In this document: positions 1 to 12,310 of the stretch, one piece after another
Layout of the letters: the number at the start of each line of letters is the position of its first letter
Numbering within the stretch: position 1 is the stretch's first letter
Origin: Okamejei kenojei
Lineage: Eukaryota
Length of the DNA: 64,000 nucleotides
Assembly: GCA_035221665.1 (NCBI GenBank)
Contig: CM069151.1
Coordinates: forward strand, 40,300,001 to 40,364,000
Reading direction: 5' to 3'
Position numbers and translations under genes: made by a program
Notes under the pieces: generated by a model
Database searches by the model: none
Seen by the model: only the letters and a program-made list of their open reading frames with translations
Told to the model about the DNA's origin: nothing

Positions 1-379
1 TCATACACACTAACCTGGCAGTGGGGTGGTGGGGAGGAGGAATGGAGAATGGACGTTCACACTCAAATTGCTAAAAACATTGCATCTTCAACCCATTTAG
101 TTAGCAAAATATCACAGAGTTAGTCCGCTCTTTCTGGGGCTAAAAGAAAATAATGTTGCAGGTGAAGTGATTGCTTCTACATCCTGTCCCGTACACAGAA
201 TTACATTGTCGTAATACACGGCGCATTCCTGTTCCAATAGATGTAGTCATGATGGAATTGAAAGCACTTTCTCCAAGAGATTAACTGTTACAACTAGGTT
301 GATAGACAGAACATCGAGCCTCTCTGTGGCTGTCGATAATCAGATTTCGATTTTAACACTGTCAGGATGGTGTGATATA

Positions 380-850
380 GCACACAACACGCACACCAGA
401 GATGTTAGACAGTGTTCAACACGAGAATAGACACATACATGTTGCATGTACAATATACAAAAAGAGAACACATGTAGCAGTTGAGTTAGACAGGTTGCAA
501 TAGCAGAAAACACACCTGATGTGTTATATAGTGTACAACATGAAGGCATGGACACAGCTGGTATATGAGACACATATGATAATGTAAGATTTGAGAAAAC
601 ACACACCACCTGTGTTAGAAGATGTGTTATATACTGCACACAAATGCATTATATAGACAATTTAATGTAGACAGACACACATACCTGTAGAGTTACAGGC
701 TGCAGTTTCAGGAAACACAGTAGGCGTGTTAGACAGTGTGCCACAGGAAGGCACAAACATCAAGTGTGTTAGAGAGTGTGCAAGAGGAGGACAAACACAT
801 CAGGTGAGTTAAAGCGATGCTCCAGGTGTGTTAGGCAGTGAGACATGGGA
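380..850. repeat. Degenerate ACAC/GTGT-rich minisatellite-like tract
   Basis: Recurrent imperfect units such as ACACAC..AGGTGTGTTAGACAGTGTG; similar low-complexity tracts at ~2430-2750 and ~5330-5920. Confidence 0.55.
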
Positions 851-1310
851 ATATTTAAAAAACTGCCAGCGAAGGTTATAGTAAATAAAGTCATGGTTTA
901 CACAGAAACATTGAATGTTTGTAACTTCACAAATCCAATTGTAAACTGCTGGCATAATTTTAAATAAAATATTAATTTTCTGACTGTGTCAAGTGTGAAA
1001 TTTACTCGAGTCTTTTCGGAACCAATTTTAATAATCGCGTACAGCAAACCAAAGGTTTGGTCCCAGCTGTCAGCACATTCACTGATCAGTTCTACCCAAC
1101 CAGAGTTCTGGAGAGAGTCTGGCCCTGGAGAAAATAGAGATAGTAATCACCAGTAGAGTGTTTGGTTCACTCTGTTTAAATGGGTAGACACCACCCAAAC
1201 TCACAACATATTCTTCAAATCCACCCCCTTTCTCACTATATGCATCAAGATCCGCTACCTCTGAACCATATCTTTCAGTGCACCAACCATGCCCCCACAT
1301 ATCTCGTGCA

Positions 1311-1435
1311 GAAAGGAACTGCAGATGCTGGTTTGAACTGAAGATGGACTCAAATGCTTGAGTAACTCAGCGGGACAGGCAGCATCTCTGGAGAGAAAGA
1401 ATGGGTGATGTTTCAGGTCGAGATCCTTCTGAAGA
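1311..1435 (-). mobile_element. Penelope-like element terminal-repeat fragment
   Basis: Reverse complement of the family motif ...TCGACCTGAAACATCACCCATTC..CCAGAGATGCTGCCTGTCCCGCTGAGTTACTC seen many times in the window. Confidence 0.75.
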
Positions 1436-3462
1436 TATCACCCAAGTGTCTCCCTCCTTTCAGCACATATCTCAGTATTAACCACACATTTGGAATTTAC
1501 TTCACTGGATCATTGAAAATTATTATAAACCAAGTCTACTCATTTCAGTATTTCATTTCCATTTTTTGTTTTTTGGGCAGCACATTCCAGGTCATAGCAG
1601 CTTGACGCAAATTTATACCAAATTAGTTAAATTGTCAGAGGACATGATCTGGGTCTTTGGCCAACGCCCTGTAGAGTGGAAGAATGAATGTAGTTCAATG
1701 GGAAAAGAGCCATTACACTGTACCATTGCACTTCCCTTTGAGTAACGCAGTTTCAGATATCTGGCCACTCATCTGATCCCTGGAACTTCTTCTGCATTTC
1801 CCTTAAACTTAGTTATTGAGGGGAAGCCATCTGGGAATCTTGGATTAGCTCCAGACAGACACGTCTGTGACTGGAGTTAGGAAGCAAGTTGATCCTCTCT
1901 GGCAACTCTCAATAATCCCTGCCAGGTGGGTTGAAGTACTCTAGATGATTAACAAGGGGGATTAATCGCTGGATCAGCAGCAGCGTCCCGGCTAGTTCTG
2001 GCTCACTGATACTGAAGGCAGCAAGAAAATTACTCCTGTTGTTGAAATCGCCTAATTAACCCCAATTATGAATTGAAGCCAATTTTTTAACAGATTAGTT
2101 TTAGTTATTAAACTGGGAGATGGAGGGATTTTTTTCAGCTGAGATGTAGTATAGAGCTATGCAGGTAGATGTTGGCTCGGTGAGGTAAGGTTCAGTAAGG
2201 ACATTGCCGTGCACATTGTTCTTCTGATTAACTACGATTCTGCACCCTGAAGCAGTATTCAACCCAGTAACTGCTCATTGTGTGTCAGTTACCGTGACTT
2301 TGCTCTATGATATTGCACCTGCATTATACTGAAATAAACTACTATCATGAAACATCCACCAACTGCAGCTCCAACTGTGTCAGAGTTATGAATATTTTGC
2401 AGATGCGATGCAGTACATTTATGAAAAAATACAATTGTTTATTCATGTACCTCTCACAGAACATACATGAATGCACACAAACACATGTATAGAAAAGCAA
2501 ATATAGATGTGTATGCACATACAATGTACAAATGCAACGCACAGCTGAAAATATACACTTGCACACATTCATGTAAAAGACAAATATATATATATAAAGA
2601 CCCATATATGAACAAATCCTTGCACACAGGCTCATTTACATAAGCTTGTACACACATAGGCACTCATTTCAAACATACTGATGTACTTGATTACACATAT
2701 GAACCTATTCATGTAAAACCATAAACAAATATAGAGAAATATAACATGCAATGAATTATGGGATCCACATCTGTGGTGTGCATGGTGCCCTTCCATTGTG
2801 TGGCCATGAGCAGAGACAGTATCACTCACACTGGGTTCCTGGCGTCAGGACAAGAGAAATGGTTCAAGGAGATGACGACCTGTTGCTGCAGCGGATCATT
2901 GCACGTACAAAAGTTACATTAAATTTCTTGTCTATTCCACAGTTACAGTTTATTATAAAAATGAATGGTTTTCTTTACTCAACTGTAGAAATGCACAGCA
3001 GATCCATCAACATTTGCAAGGTGACATGGTGGGGTTCGTGTCTTATTTTGAGATACTTCATTAATCTTCCCCCAAACGGCAGTGAGCGTAATTGGCAAAT
3101 TTTGACCGTTTTAAGTTATCGGGAAAAATAAAAAACACTTGGCAGCAGAACTAATGAGAGTCATTAAAATTTCCTCTGAAAGATGATGCAGTGATTTCTC
3201 AATTCTGAACAAGGGTCAGTCAAGATCGTGCTCTTAATTCCACTCCAAAAGCCTACATTGGCACAGCATTTGTTACCTGGTTGGCCTATCAGAATGAATT
3301 TCTAGCACGTTGCCTTCTAACATGGTCTGACCCATGAGGAATCCGCAACCAGGAGATTGGCTCCTGTCTGTTCAGCTGGCAGAATTATATGGGAGCAAAC
3401 AACCCGCCCCACGCACTTCAAGTTGTCCTCTTGAGGGAAAAATGGCAAGATTGGTATTTGGT

Positions 3463-3760
3463 AAAGTCCCCAAGAGTGTTTTATTGTCATATGTCCCAGA
3501 TAGAACAATTAAATTCTTACTTGCAGCAGCATAACAGAATATGTAAGCTTAAGTACACTGTAAACAATATAATAAACAAGAAAGGTTCAGTGTGTGTATA
3601 TGTACATATACATACATATACACATACACAAATACACACACACACACACACCAACATATATATTATACACATAAAAAACAAACAAAAGCCAATAATAGTG
3701 CGAAAAGACAAAAACCAATAACTCCACATCTAGTGTATGTAGTTCAGAGCTTGTTTGAGG
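3463..3760 (-). mobile_element. Rex1/Babar-type LINE 3' tail fragment
   Basis: Reverse-complement similarity to the 3' end of the element at 47080-47157 (TGACAATAAAC..TCTTG tail); internal CA-rich tract. Confidence 0.65.
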
Positions 3761-4231
3761 CTGACCCAAAAGATTAAGATGCAGGGTATTCACAGTGACT
3801 TGGTGGTATAGATTCAGAACTGGCTTACTGATAGAAGACAGGGCTGTGGTGGAAGGATGACATTCCGTGTCAAGACCCCTGTTGTTTGTGAAATATATAA
3901 ATGACTTATTTGGCTGTAAATGTAGAATGGGTTGGTTAGTAAATTTGCAGATTGCTGGAGTTCTGGACTGTGAGGAAGGCTGTCAATCTAAACAGTAGAT
4001 AAGTATACAGTATATAATCAGCTACAGAAATGTTTGGAGAAATGACAGACGGAGTTTAATCTGAGCAAGTATGATGTCTTGCACTTTGGAAGGTCGAAGA
4101 TACAATTAATGGCAAAATCATTAACAATATTGATGTACAGAGGGATCTTGGGGTTCAAGTCCATAACTGGTGTGAGGGGCAAAGTTTATAGAGATGTGCG
4201 GGGCAATGTTTTTGTTTACACAGAGGGTAGT

Positions 4232-4356
4232 CTTCTTCTTCTACTTCTAGCATGTACAGCCTAAAGTTGTAAGACAGCTTCTTCTGTTTGTGCACGCCGG
4301 GTTGATTGCATCCGTCGAAACAGGGTGGATCACGTGAACTTTGAATCTCCCACCCC
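4232..4356 (-). mobile_element. Short TSD-flanked retroposon with 5' HDV-like ribozyme fold and (AAG)n tail
   Basis: Interrupts a CR1 fragment. 12-bp direct repeat ACAGAGGGTAGT at 4220-4231 and 4357-4368; minus strand ends in GAAGTAGAAGAAGAAG. Confidence 0.85.
4304..4356 (-). ncRNA. HDV/CPEB3-like self-cleaving ribozyme motif (degenerate copy)
   Basis: GGGGUGG-GA-GAUUCA-AAG-UUCACGU-GAU-CCACCCU-GUUUCGA-CGGA-UGCAAUC. Perfect 7-bp P1 with G1-U wobble, L3 UUCACGU, UUCG-capped minimal P4, C-N-R-A J4/2, P2 with one bulge; P3 is disrupted. Confidence 0.7.
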
Positions 4357-6089
4357 ACAGAGGGTAGTGGGTACCTGGAACACGCTGTGGTGCTGGAAGC
4401 AGAGACGACCGTGGCATTTAAACAGTTTTTAGGGAAATGGATATGCAGGGAATGGAGGGATATGGATCAAATGCAGGCAGATGAGATTAGTTTAGCCTGG
4501 CTTCATGTTTGGTGCAGGCATTGTGGGCCTGTTCCTGTGCTGTTCCACGTTAGGCTTGGACATGATTGGTTTGGGCTATGACACCGATGCCACCCGTTAT
4601 CTGTCAGATCCCTCTGAAACCTGCCTCAAACCTGCTGGATTGCCCAGTAAACACGCTTGTTTTTGTTGTGGATGCACACGATAACCCAGGAATGCAATAG
4701 AGGAGGGAATGGAGGCTGAAGGGATAGTCACCTCAACAACCCATGGATCAAAGTTTGGGGAGAATGGAAAATGAGGCTGTCCAGTGCACAGACTAAATGT
4801 GCTGCAGTCATTATTTCCCACGGCTGGTCTGTGACACTAAGTTCCTGTAAAGCCGCACAGTTTACTGCATTGATGCCCCCACACTAATGCAAGCTGCTCT
4901 GTCTAGGTCCGAATTATGTAGGACCTTGGTTATTCTGACATGGCCTTTCTATATTGTGATCCGAATTCTACGTCCAGATCGTGAAAGGGAACAGACCGGC
5001 CGCTCGACCCTCGATATTCTGCAGAAGCATCAACGTATGGACTCGGTTTAATCTGAGTGCTGCCTTTATCCAAGTGATAACTGAGCACAAAATCGAGGGT
5101 TTTATCATTCATCTTCTGCCCTGCTGTGTTCCTTTTCACCCGTTACCTTTACAGTAAGCGGCAGCATAACAAAACCTTCAAACATAATTCAGGAGCAACA
5201 TCATGGAGGAAGCAAAGTGAAGGAACTGATTGTCAGAGGGCTGGGAAACTGTGGCCTGACATTGCTGGGCCGCACAAAGAGGCTGTCGGATTTATGTGGA
5301 CTATTCTGTCAGACATGGCCATAGAAAGAGACACTCGCCTACTCTCAGACACTGACGCTGCTAGATAGCACCTTTACACTCCTAGCCACGGCCATCCCAC
5401 AGTCCCAATATAGTGCCAGATATAGACTTCTCCATACCAGCGTAGACTTCTGTGTGTTTTATGCCACAGGTCACCTCATCGCCACACAGTTACACAAATA
5501 CATGCCCAAATAACCAGGTACTGATTCCCCACACTCCTAGAAATATACACCCCTCATGTCCACGTGTAGACATCCCAAACTTCACCACACAGGCAATCCC
5601 ATCCGCGACATGGAAGGTCCATACAATGACGCTGCCCGATTTATGTGAAATATTCTGGAGTCCTTTAATGAACAGGGTGCCAGACACCATCATACTCTGT
5701 GACACATGCACGCCTACACCCTCATATACATCGAGGCATGGGCAGTCACGCAGACCCTGGCAGATATCTTCATATTCCTAAACTCAGAAGTCTGCCACAC
5801 TCCTAGACATAGAAGCCCTTCACACTTGAAGCGATGGACGTACTCTCACTCCAAGCCACAGACACTCACATCCTTCGGGATCTCCACATCAAGATATTAA
5901 AACATCTTTACACTCACATTTACAGTTAATTCTAGCAAAGTTCTTGCAATTCATTCTTGAAACCGATTCTAATCCTCACAGATTTTCTGTGCGCATGTTT
6001 CTAAATTGCCAATTCCTGATATTTATGGCACCATCCTTGATTGTTTGCGAGGGACTAGTTGACAAAGTTAGAGGAATGATTATGGATAT

Positions 6090-6500
6090 AGAACAAAGAC
6101 AGAAGACTGGAAGAACTCAGCGAATCAAGCAGCTCCTGTGGAGGTAAAAGCTTTAGGTCGACGATTTGGGTCAAGATTCTGCATCAGGACTGAAAGGGAA
6201 GAGGACAGGTTGCCGGTAGATAGCAGCACATAGCGGGTTGGGATAGAGATCGTTAGGTGATAGGTGGAAGCAGATGCGGAGGGGGTGATGGGCAGGTGGG
6301 GGAGTGGGAACGGGACAGAAGCTGGTGGATGATCAGTGGAGACAGATGGGATGGGAATAATGGGCAGATGGAACCAAGCGGGCAGAGGGAATGCAAGGAT
6401 GAACAAAGGAAGAGGAAAACCAGGTGGACAGGTGAGTGTGTGAGAGGAGTGCACCGAGCGTGTGGGTTACCTGAAATTGGGAAATTTAATATTCATACAA
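6090..6500 (-). mobile_element. Old Penelope-like element 3' end
   Basis: Minus strand reads ATGAATATTAAATTTCCCAATTTCAGGTAA (the MNIxFxNFR* ORF end, as at 34473-34502), then a pyrimidine-rich spacer and a decayed terminal repeat. Confidence 0.65.
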
Positions 6501-7494
6501 TATTAATGTAATTTGTTGTGTTTGTTAGTGCAGCCGTCCATAATAAAATAGAGATGGGGATGGGGTTAAATAAACAGGATCAAAAGAATCATTACTGACA
6601 ATAGAAACAGATGAAAAAGATCAGAAGAAACAGAACTTCCAATCAGAAAGGGATGAGCAACAAGGCTGTTATTTTACTACAATGATATCACAAATCATCA
6701 GAGTGACATTCTGAATGTGGATTAAAAAACCCTGGACTTAAAAGTAAATTATAGCTTTGTGCTTGCTTTCTTTATTCAGGACTATCATTATGGGCTCAAC
6801 ATCAGTACAGAGACAAAAGGCTCAGCGCAGTTGACAGCTTGTATATTGTAGCAGGACAGGTGGTTCTGGGTCTCACCTGAGCTACATGGAGAGGACTCAT
6901 GGAAACAGTATGGTGTCAGCTAAATAATAAAATGGTTAAAGGAGATTCAATCCAGTTCCTTAAACATATTGAGAATAACAGAATTTGACTCACTCAGAGA
7001 TGGCAGAAAAGAGATGAAAATCTGCACTTAATATTTCATGAGTGAAAATGAAAAAAAACTATGGACCAATAAACATTTTAAAAACAAAAGTGACTGTGAG
7101 CTGTTGAATTGATGTAAACCCAAACTTATTTATTAAAGTGCTTTAGGAATAGGAATTTGCCATCTTCATCTTGTCTGCACAGCCCCAGTTATGGATCCAT
7201 GTAGTTAATTTGTTAGGATCTTCTGCAGGAGCCTCGAGCTGTTCCATTCTCTTCATCTTCCGCTTCTACACTCCAAAATTCTAACGAAAAATAAGCTTGG
7301 TATCATGCTCAACTAATCGGCTATTTATTACTTTTTATTCTTGCTTGAATTATGTTAAGCCAATGCATTAGATGCAGAAGCCTGCTATTAGCGACCGCTG
7401 AATGTTCAGGGGAGCCCTGGCAATAGGCTAGGTTAACAATTGGGCATTCCTGGAGATGTCTACATTCCTTCAGTTTTGTTTGGTTTGTGAGATA

Positions 7495-8180
7495 CAGCTC
7501 TGGGTGAAGAAGTTTTTCCTCATCTCAGTCCTAAATGGCCTATCCCTTAACATTTATCCTGCGTCTCGCCTGTTCAAACATAGAAATTAGGTGCAGGAGC
7601 AGGCCATTCGGCCCTTCGAGCCTGCACCGCCATTCAACCTTTCAGAATTTTCTGTTTCTATAAGATCCCCTCATCCTTCTAAATTACAGTGAAAACAAGC
7701 CCAGTCGACCCATTCTTCCGTCACATGTCAGTCCCGCCATCCTACGCTGCACTCCCTCAATAGCCCCTCGTGTTAATGAAGTGGATGAGAAAGTGGGATA
7801 ACATAGAACTAGTGTGAATGGGTGATCCATGGTCAGCGTGGACTGAGTGGGCTGAAGGGCCCGTTTCCATGCTCTCACCATGCCTACTGTTACTTTCCCC
7901 AATGTCTCCAATATTGATTCAAGAGGAAAACATTTTTCACACAGAATGGTGAGTCTTTGGAATTCTCTGCCACAGAAGGTAGTTGAGGCCAGTTAATTGG
8001 CTATATTTAAGAAGGAGTTAGATGTGGCCCTTGTGGCTAAAGGGATTAGGGGGTATGGAGAGAAGGCAGGTACAGGGATACTGAGTTGAATGATCAGCCA
8101 TGATCATATTGAATGGCAGTGCAGGCTCTAAGGGCCGAATGGCCTACTCCTGCACCTATTTTCTATGTTTCTATGTTTCT
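7495..8180. mobile_element. Composite of CR1 3' ends in both orientations plus a SINE tail
   Basis: Minus CR1 3' end at ~7576-7765, SINE tail at ~7775-7875, plus CR1 3' end at ~7930-8178 ending in (CTATGTTT)n. Confidence 0.8.
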
Positions 8181-8451
8181 CTAATACGCCTGTGAAATGC
8201 CTCAACATATTTTATTAGATTTGAGGTGCTAAGTGAATCAAAGATTCACATACAGAAATGTTATAACCGAGGTAGAGGCCATTCAACCCATCTTCTCGCT
8301 CTATGTAAGGGGACAACCAGAGCACTCACCTGCCCTCTTCCCTTGAGACGTACCAACCTTTTGCTTTCAAACGCGTATTCAGTTCGTCAAACACTTTGAA
8401 TTGGCCTCCATCATTGCTCCCTTGGCAATGCATTACAGGTTCTAGCCACTT

Positions 8452-8925
8452 TTTCAGAGAAACAGAATGGAAACAGGCCCTTCAGTCCACAGTCCATGCT
8501 GACCACAGATCACCCATTCACACCAGTTCTATGTTACCCCACTTTCTCATCCACTTCCTTAACATGAGGGGCAATTTACCGAGACCAACTAACCTGCAAA
8601 ATTGCACGTCTCTGGGATCTGGAGGAAATCTATGCAGTTTTTTTTAGTTTGGTTTGGAGATACAGTGTGGAAACAAGCCCTTTGGCCCATCGACTCCATG
8701 CCGCCCAATGATCACCCATACACTAGTTCTATCCAAAACACGAGGGACATTTCCACAGAAGCCAATTAACCTACAAACTGCAAGTCTTTAGAATGTGGGA
8801 GGAAACCGGAGCATCCGAAGAAAACCCGTGAGGTCAGCGAGCATCGATAGTCAGGACCAAACCCGGGTCTGTGGCGGTGAGGCGGCAGCTCCAGCAGCTG
8901 CGAAACTGTGCCGCACAGCACTGCC
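8452..8925 (-). mobile_element. Two tandem HE1-like V-SINE copies
   Basis: Reverse complement of the V-domain core TCCGGTTTCCTCCCACATTC and of the GGGCC.AAGGGC.TGTTTCC tail, twice. Confidence 0.8.
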
Positions 8926-9321
8926 AAGGTTCCATGGTGTTGAAACAAAATTGTGAATGCCAGCAGTTGTTACTGAGGGAAGTAAAAAGAGGAAAAAAGG
9001 GATTGCATGAAATACACCCGCTTGAATTTTGAGATATGCTTCCAGTTATCATGGATGGATTTTTATTTCCAACCACAAGCTGAGTTGCCAGGAAAACAGA
9101 ATGGTTGGACCTTTGTATTTGCTTTGCTAACCAGAGCATGGGACGGTCTCCTGCTGGGGCTGTTTGTACGCAAGCCGGGTACAATCCGAACTCCTGACAC
9201 CCTCTTCTACAGGTTGGGGAGAGGAAAGAGGTATTCCAGATCTTATCAAATGTCTCCCCACCTCAAATCAACCGCTCCTTCCCCTCAAAACCACACGTCC
9301 AATCACCACAAAACTTAATCT

Positions 9322-9790
9322 GGTTGAAGAAGGGTCTTGACCCAATACGTCACCCTTTCCTTCCCCCCAGAGATGCTGCCCGTCCCGCTGAGCTACTCCA
9401 GCATTTTGTTTCTGACTGCCATTAACTAAGCCTGCTTAAAGCAGCACTTTGTTTGGAATTGGGGAAGTTTGTCATACAAGTATCTGAGTGGTAGAAAATG
9501 GTGCTTCTCGTTGCCACCAATCCTTTGCACCATTGGTATCTCGGAGAGCTTCTCTTATAAGTAGCAAAACCTTGCCCAACACCCTTTCGTCTCCTTTTCA
9601 CCTTTAGCCTTTGTTACTTAGTGCACCCATTTGTCAATCATCCCTCCTTACTTGAATCCACCTATCTATTGCCCCCACCACTTTTCCAGCTTTCTATCCT
9701 CCATCAGTTGTAGGGTCCCAACCTGAAACATCATCTGTCCCCTACACAGATGCTGCCTGACCTGCTGAGTTCCTCTGGCACTTTGTTTTG
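9322..9790 (+). mobile_element. Two Penelope-like terminal-repeat fragments
   Basis: GTTGAAGAAGGGTCTTGACCC..AGAGATGCTGCCCGTCCCGCTGAG at 9322-9410; a second, more decayed copy at ~9700-9790. Confidence 0.7.
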
Positions 9791-10683
9791 ATCACCTAAT
9801 CTCTCTATATTAACTTCTAGGTGAAGCATCGCAGGGTCACTTAGTACATCCACTACTTTCAGCTAAGTATTCGAGATGAAGGGTGGGGCTCGTGGTGCAT
9901 GAAAGGACACCCCTTTAAAAGTGTAGGAAGCTTAACTCCATGGATGAAAGGCTGAATTAGACGTTGGTTGTTTTATATAAACAAATAACAAAAAATTGAG
10001 GCAGCTGGTTAAATGGTGCGGTTGTTTACACAAAACAGGCCAACAGCCTGACTCATGCAGATGCACCAGAGGTGTACACAGCGTCACTTTGCATCCGAGA
10101 CCACAGAACCGAGTTTAAAGTGTGGCTATGGTTGGTGGGACTGAAGGACGTGCGTCAGAACTCATGTTTCAGATTTAGATCAATAGGATAAACCTTTCTT
10201 CTCACTATTAGTCATAACTGACCCAAGTGGACATGAGCCTTAATTAGTTTGTCCACTTAAGTAAAACATATTCTCTAAGCTCCTGTACTGTAATTCAAAA
10301 AACATTCCCATGACACCCTGTCCCTGCCCCATCCACAGTTCAATAGCACGTTACCTTATGTAACAAAAAAAAGTGACAAGATTTTTTTTTAAAGATGACT
10401 TCAAGACAAGGGTGGAATTGATGAGCACAAGTGAGATTAGGTAACCGGGAAATGTGGGTAAATAAACTCAATTGGTCGAGCGACTTTCTGATAGATAATG
10501 AGAAATAAAAGCTGGCAATTCTACACACAAGGACATTTGTTGCTAAATTAAAGGGCAAGAGTTCCCCCCCCCCCCCCCCCCCCCCCACCAGTGTCAAGGA
10601 CAATGTTTATTATCCAACCATTACTTCACTCAATACAATCAACCCCACCCTCAGTCTCTCGCTCTGCAAGCTTGCTATGCCCA

Positions 10684-10780
10684 AGTCTGAAGAAGGGTCT
10701 CGACCTGAAAGGTCACCCATCAGTTCTTCAGAGATGCCTTTTTTTTTTTGTAGACCAGCCTCTGCAGTTCCTTGTTTTCT
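10684..10780 (+). mobile_element. Penelope-like terminal repeat with hammerhead-like core
   Basis: GTCTGAAGAAGGGTCTCGACCTGAAAGGTCACCC followed by CAGAGATGCC and CTGCAGTTCCTT. Confidence 0.75.
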
Positions 10781-11138
10781 ATAGGCTGCTAAATTTCCTA
10801 CATAACTCGTGGCTAAACATTAAAAGATGTTTTGTAGGATGTAAAGCACTTGTGGACACTTTGGAGTAAAGAAGCAGGAGGTAAATGCAAGTAATATTTT
10901 CACATTTCAAAGCCACAATCTCCAGGCTGGTCCCTTGGGCAATTGAAGTTTGATACCCAAAGGGTCTACATTTAATGCCAAAAAGGGCAAATAAGTGAGT
11001 TCAACATATTTTGAGAAGCAAAGTTGCTTTCTAAATGTTTCACTATAAATTGTGATCAAGTAGAGAGTTTTGGAAAGACAAATGGGTCTCAAATTATACC
11101 ATGAATTTGGTTCAAAAACCATAGAAATTGATTCACCA

Positions 11139-11448
11139 GGCAGTACAGTGAGCAGCACAGTCGGTAGAGTTGTTGTCTCACAGCGTTAGAGACCTGAGTT
11201 CGATCCTGACTCGGGTACTAACTGCGTGGAGATTGCGCATTCTTCCTGTGATTGTGTGGGTTTCCTCCTGCATCCTAACGACGTGTGGGTTTATAGGTTA
11301 ATTGGCTGCTGTAAATTGTCCCTTGCGTGCAGGGAGTGAATAAGAAAGTGGAATAACATAGAACTAGTGTGAATGGGTGATCAATGATCGGGGTGGAGCT
11401 CAGTGGGCCAAAAGGCCCGCTTCCATGCTGAATTTCGAAAAACTAAAA
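11139..11448 (+). mobile_element. HE1-like tRNA-derived V-SINE
   Basis: B-box GAGTTCGATCC, V-domain remnant, and the CR1-shared tail GGGCCAAAAGGCCC. Confidence 0.8.
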
Positions 11449-12019
11449 ATGGTACCAATACAGGATAAGACTGATGCCATACAAAATATACGCAAATAGA
11501 GGAATTCTCAAATTTCATTGTTCAACAAAGTTTAAACATCAAAGCAGGAAACAAGTTTATCATAAGTATGTAGGACTTTAGCAAAGGGGTGCACATATTT
11601 TTTTAATCTTAACGGAATTAAGTAAAGTTCACTTCACAAAAGCTATAGTTGGTTTTCTTTGATGAATATATGACCTCTTCACAAATTTGTTATTCCAATA
11701 ACATAATTTTGGAAAGTACACTGAAAATTAAAAATGTTCTAGCCAGTTCTTCCAATGAACTGGGTAACTCACGGAGCATAAACTGTATTAATAATACTAG
11801 ATTGCCATTTTCCCCTCTAATTGTCACTTGTTTCTTTATTCCATTATCTTGGCACGATAGTCCAGTGATTACCAAGGCTGAGGCTGATCTAGACCATTGT
11901 CAACTTGATTCCAAAATAGGTTTCTCATCACTCATCTGCACCATCTACTTTTTCCCCTTTTCCCTCTGGCCTCAGCTAATCTGCACCTGAAACCCACATC
12001 TGTACCTTTTATATGATTG

Positions 12020-12310
12020 TAAGAAACCGTCTGGACCTGATGATGTACCCGCTCAAATTATCAAAACCTGCGTGGACCAACTGGCTAGAGTTTCTGAGGA
12101 CATCATCAACCTCTCACTACTGCAGTTGAGGTTCCCACCCGCTTTAAAAGGGCATCAATAATACTCAGTGCCCAAGCAGAGTAAGGTGGACATGCCTTGA
12201 TGACCACCAACTCGTAGCACTAACACCCATGCTTTGAGAGGTATGGCACATATCAACTCCTACCTCAGCAAGAGCCTGAACCCGCTACAATTTGCTTACC
12301 GCCTCAATGT
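12020..12310 (+). mobile_element. Rex1/Babar-type LINE RT fragment
   Basis: Frame-broken GPDDVPAQIIKTCVDQLARVSEDIINLSL and LNPLQFAYR motifs. Confidence 0.75.

Larger units (their letters stand above)
3765..4550 (+). mobile_element. Degenerate CR1/HER1 LINE 3' fragment
   Basis: Remnants of WIQNWL, LHFGR and the CR1 3' UTR; similar to 18450-19770. Confidence 0.8.

Noticed and set aside
340-3793. Cys/Tyr/His/Thr-rich short ORFs
   Set aside because: Translations of CA/TA low-complexity tracts.
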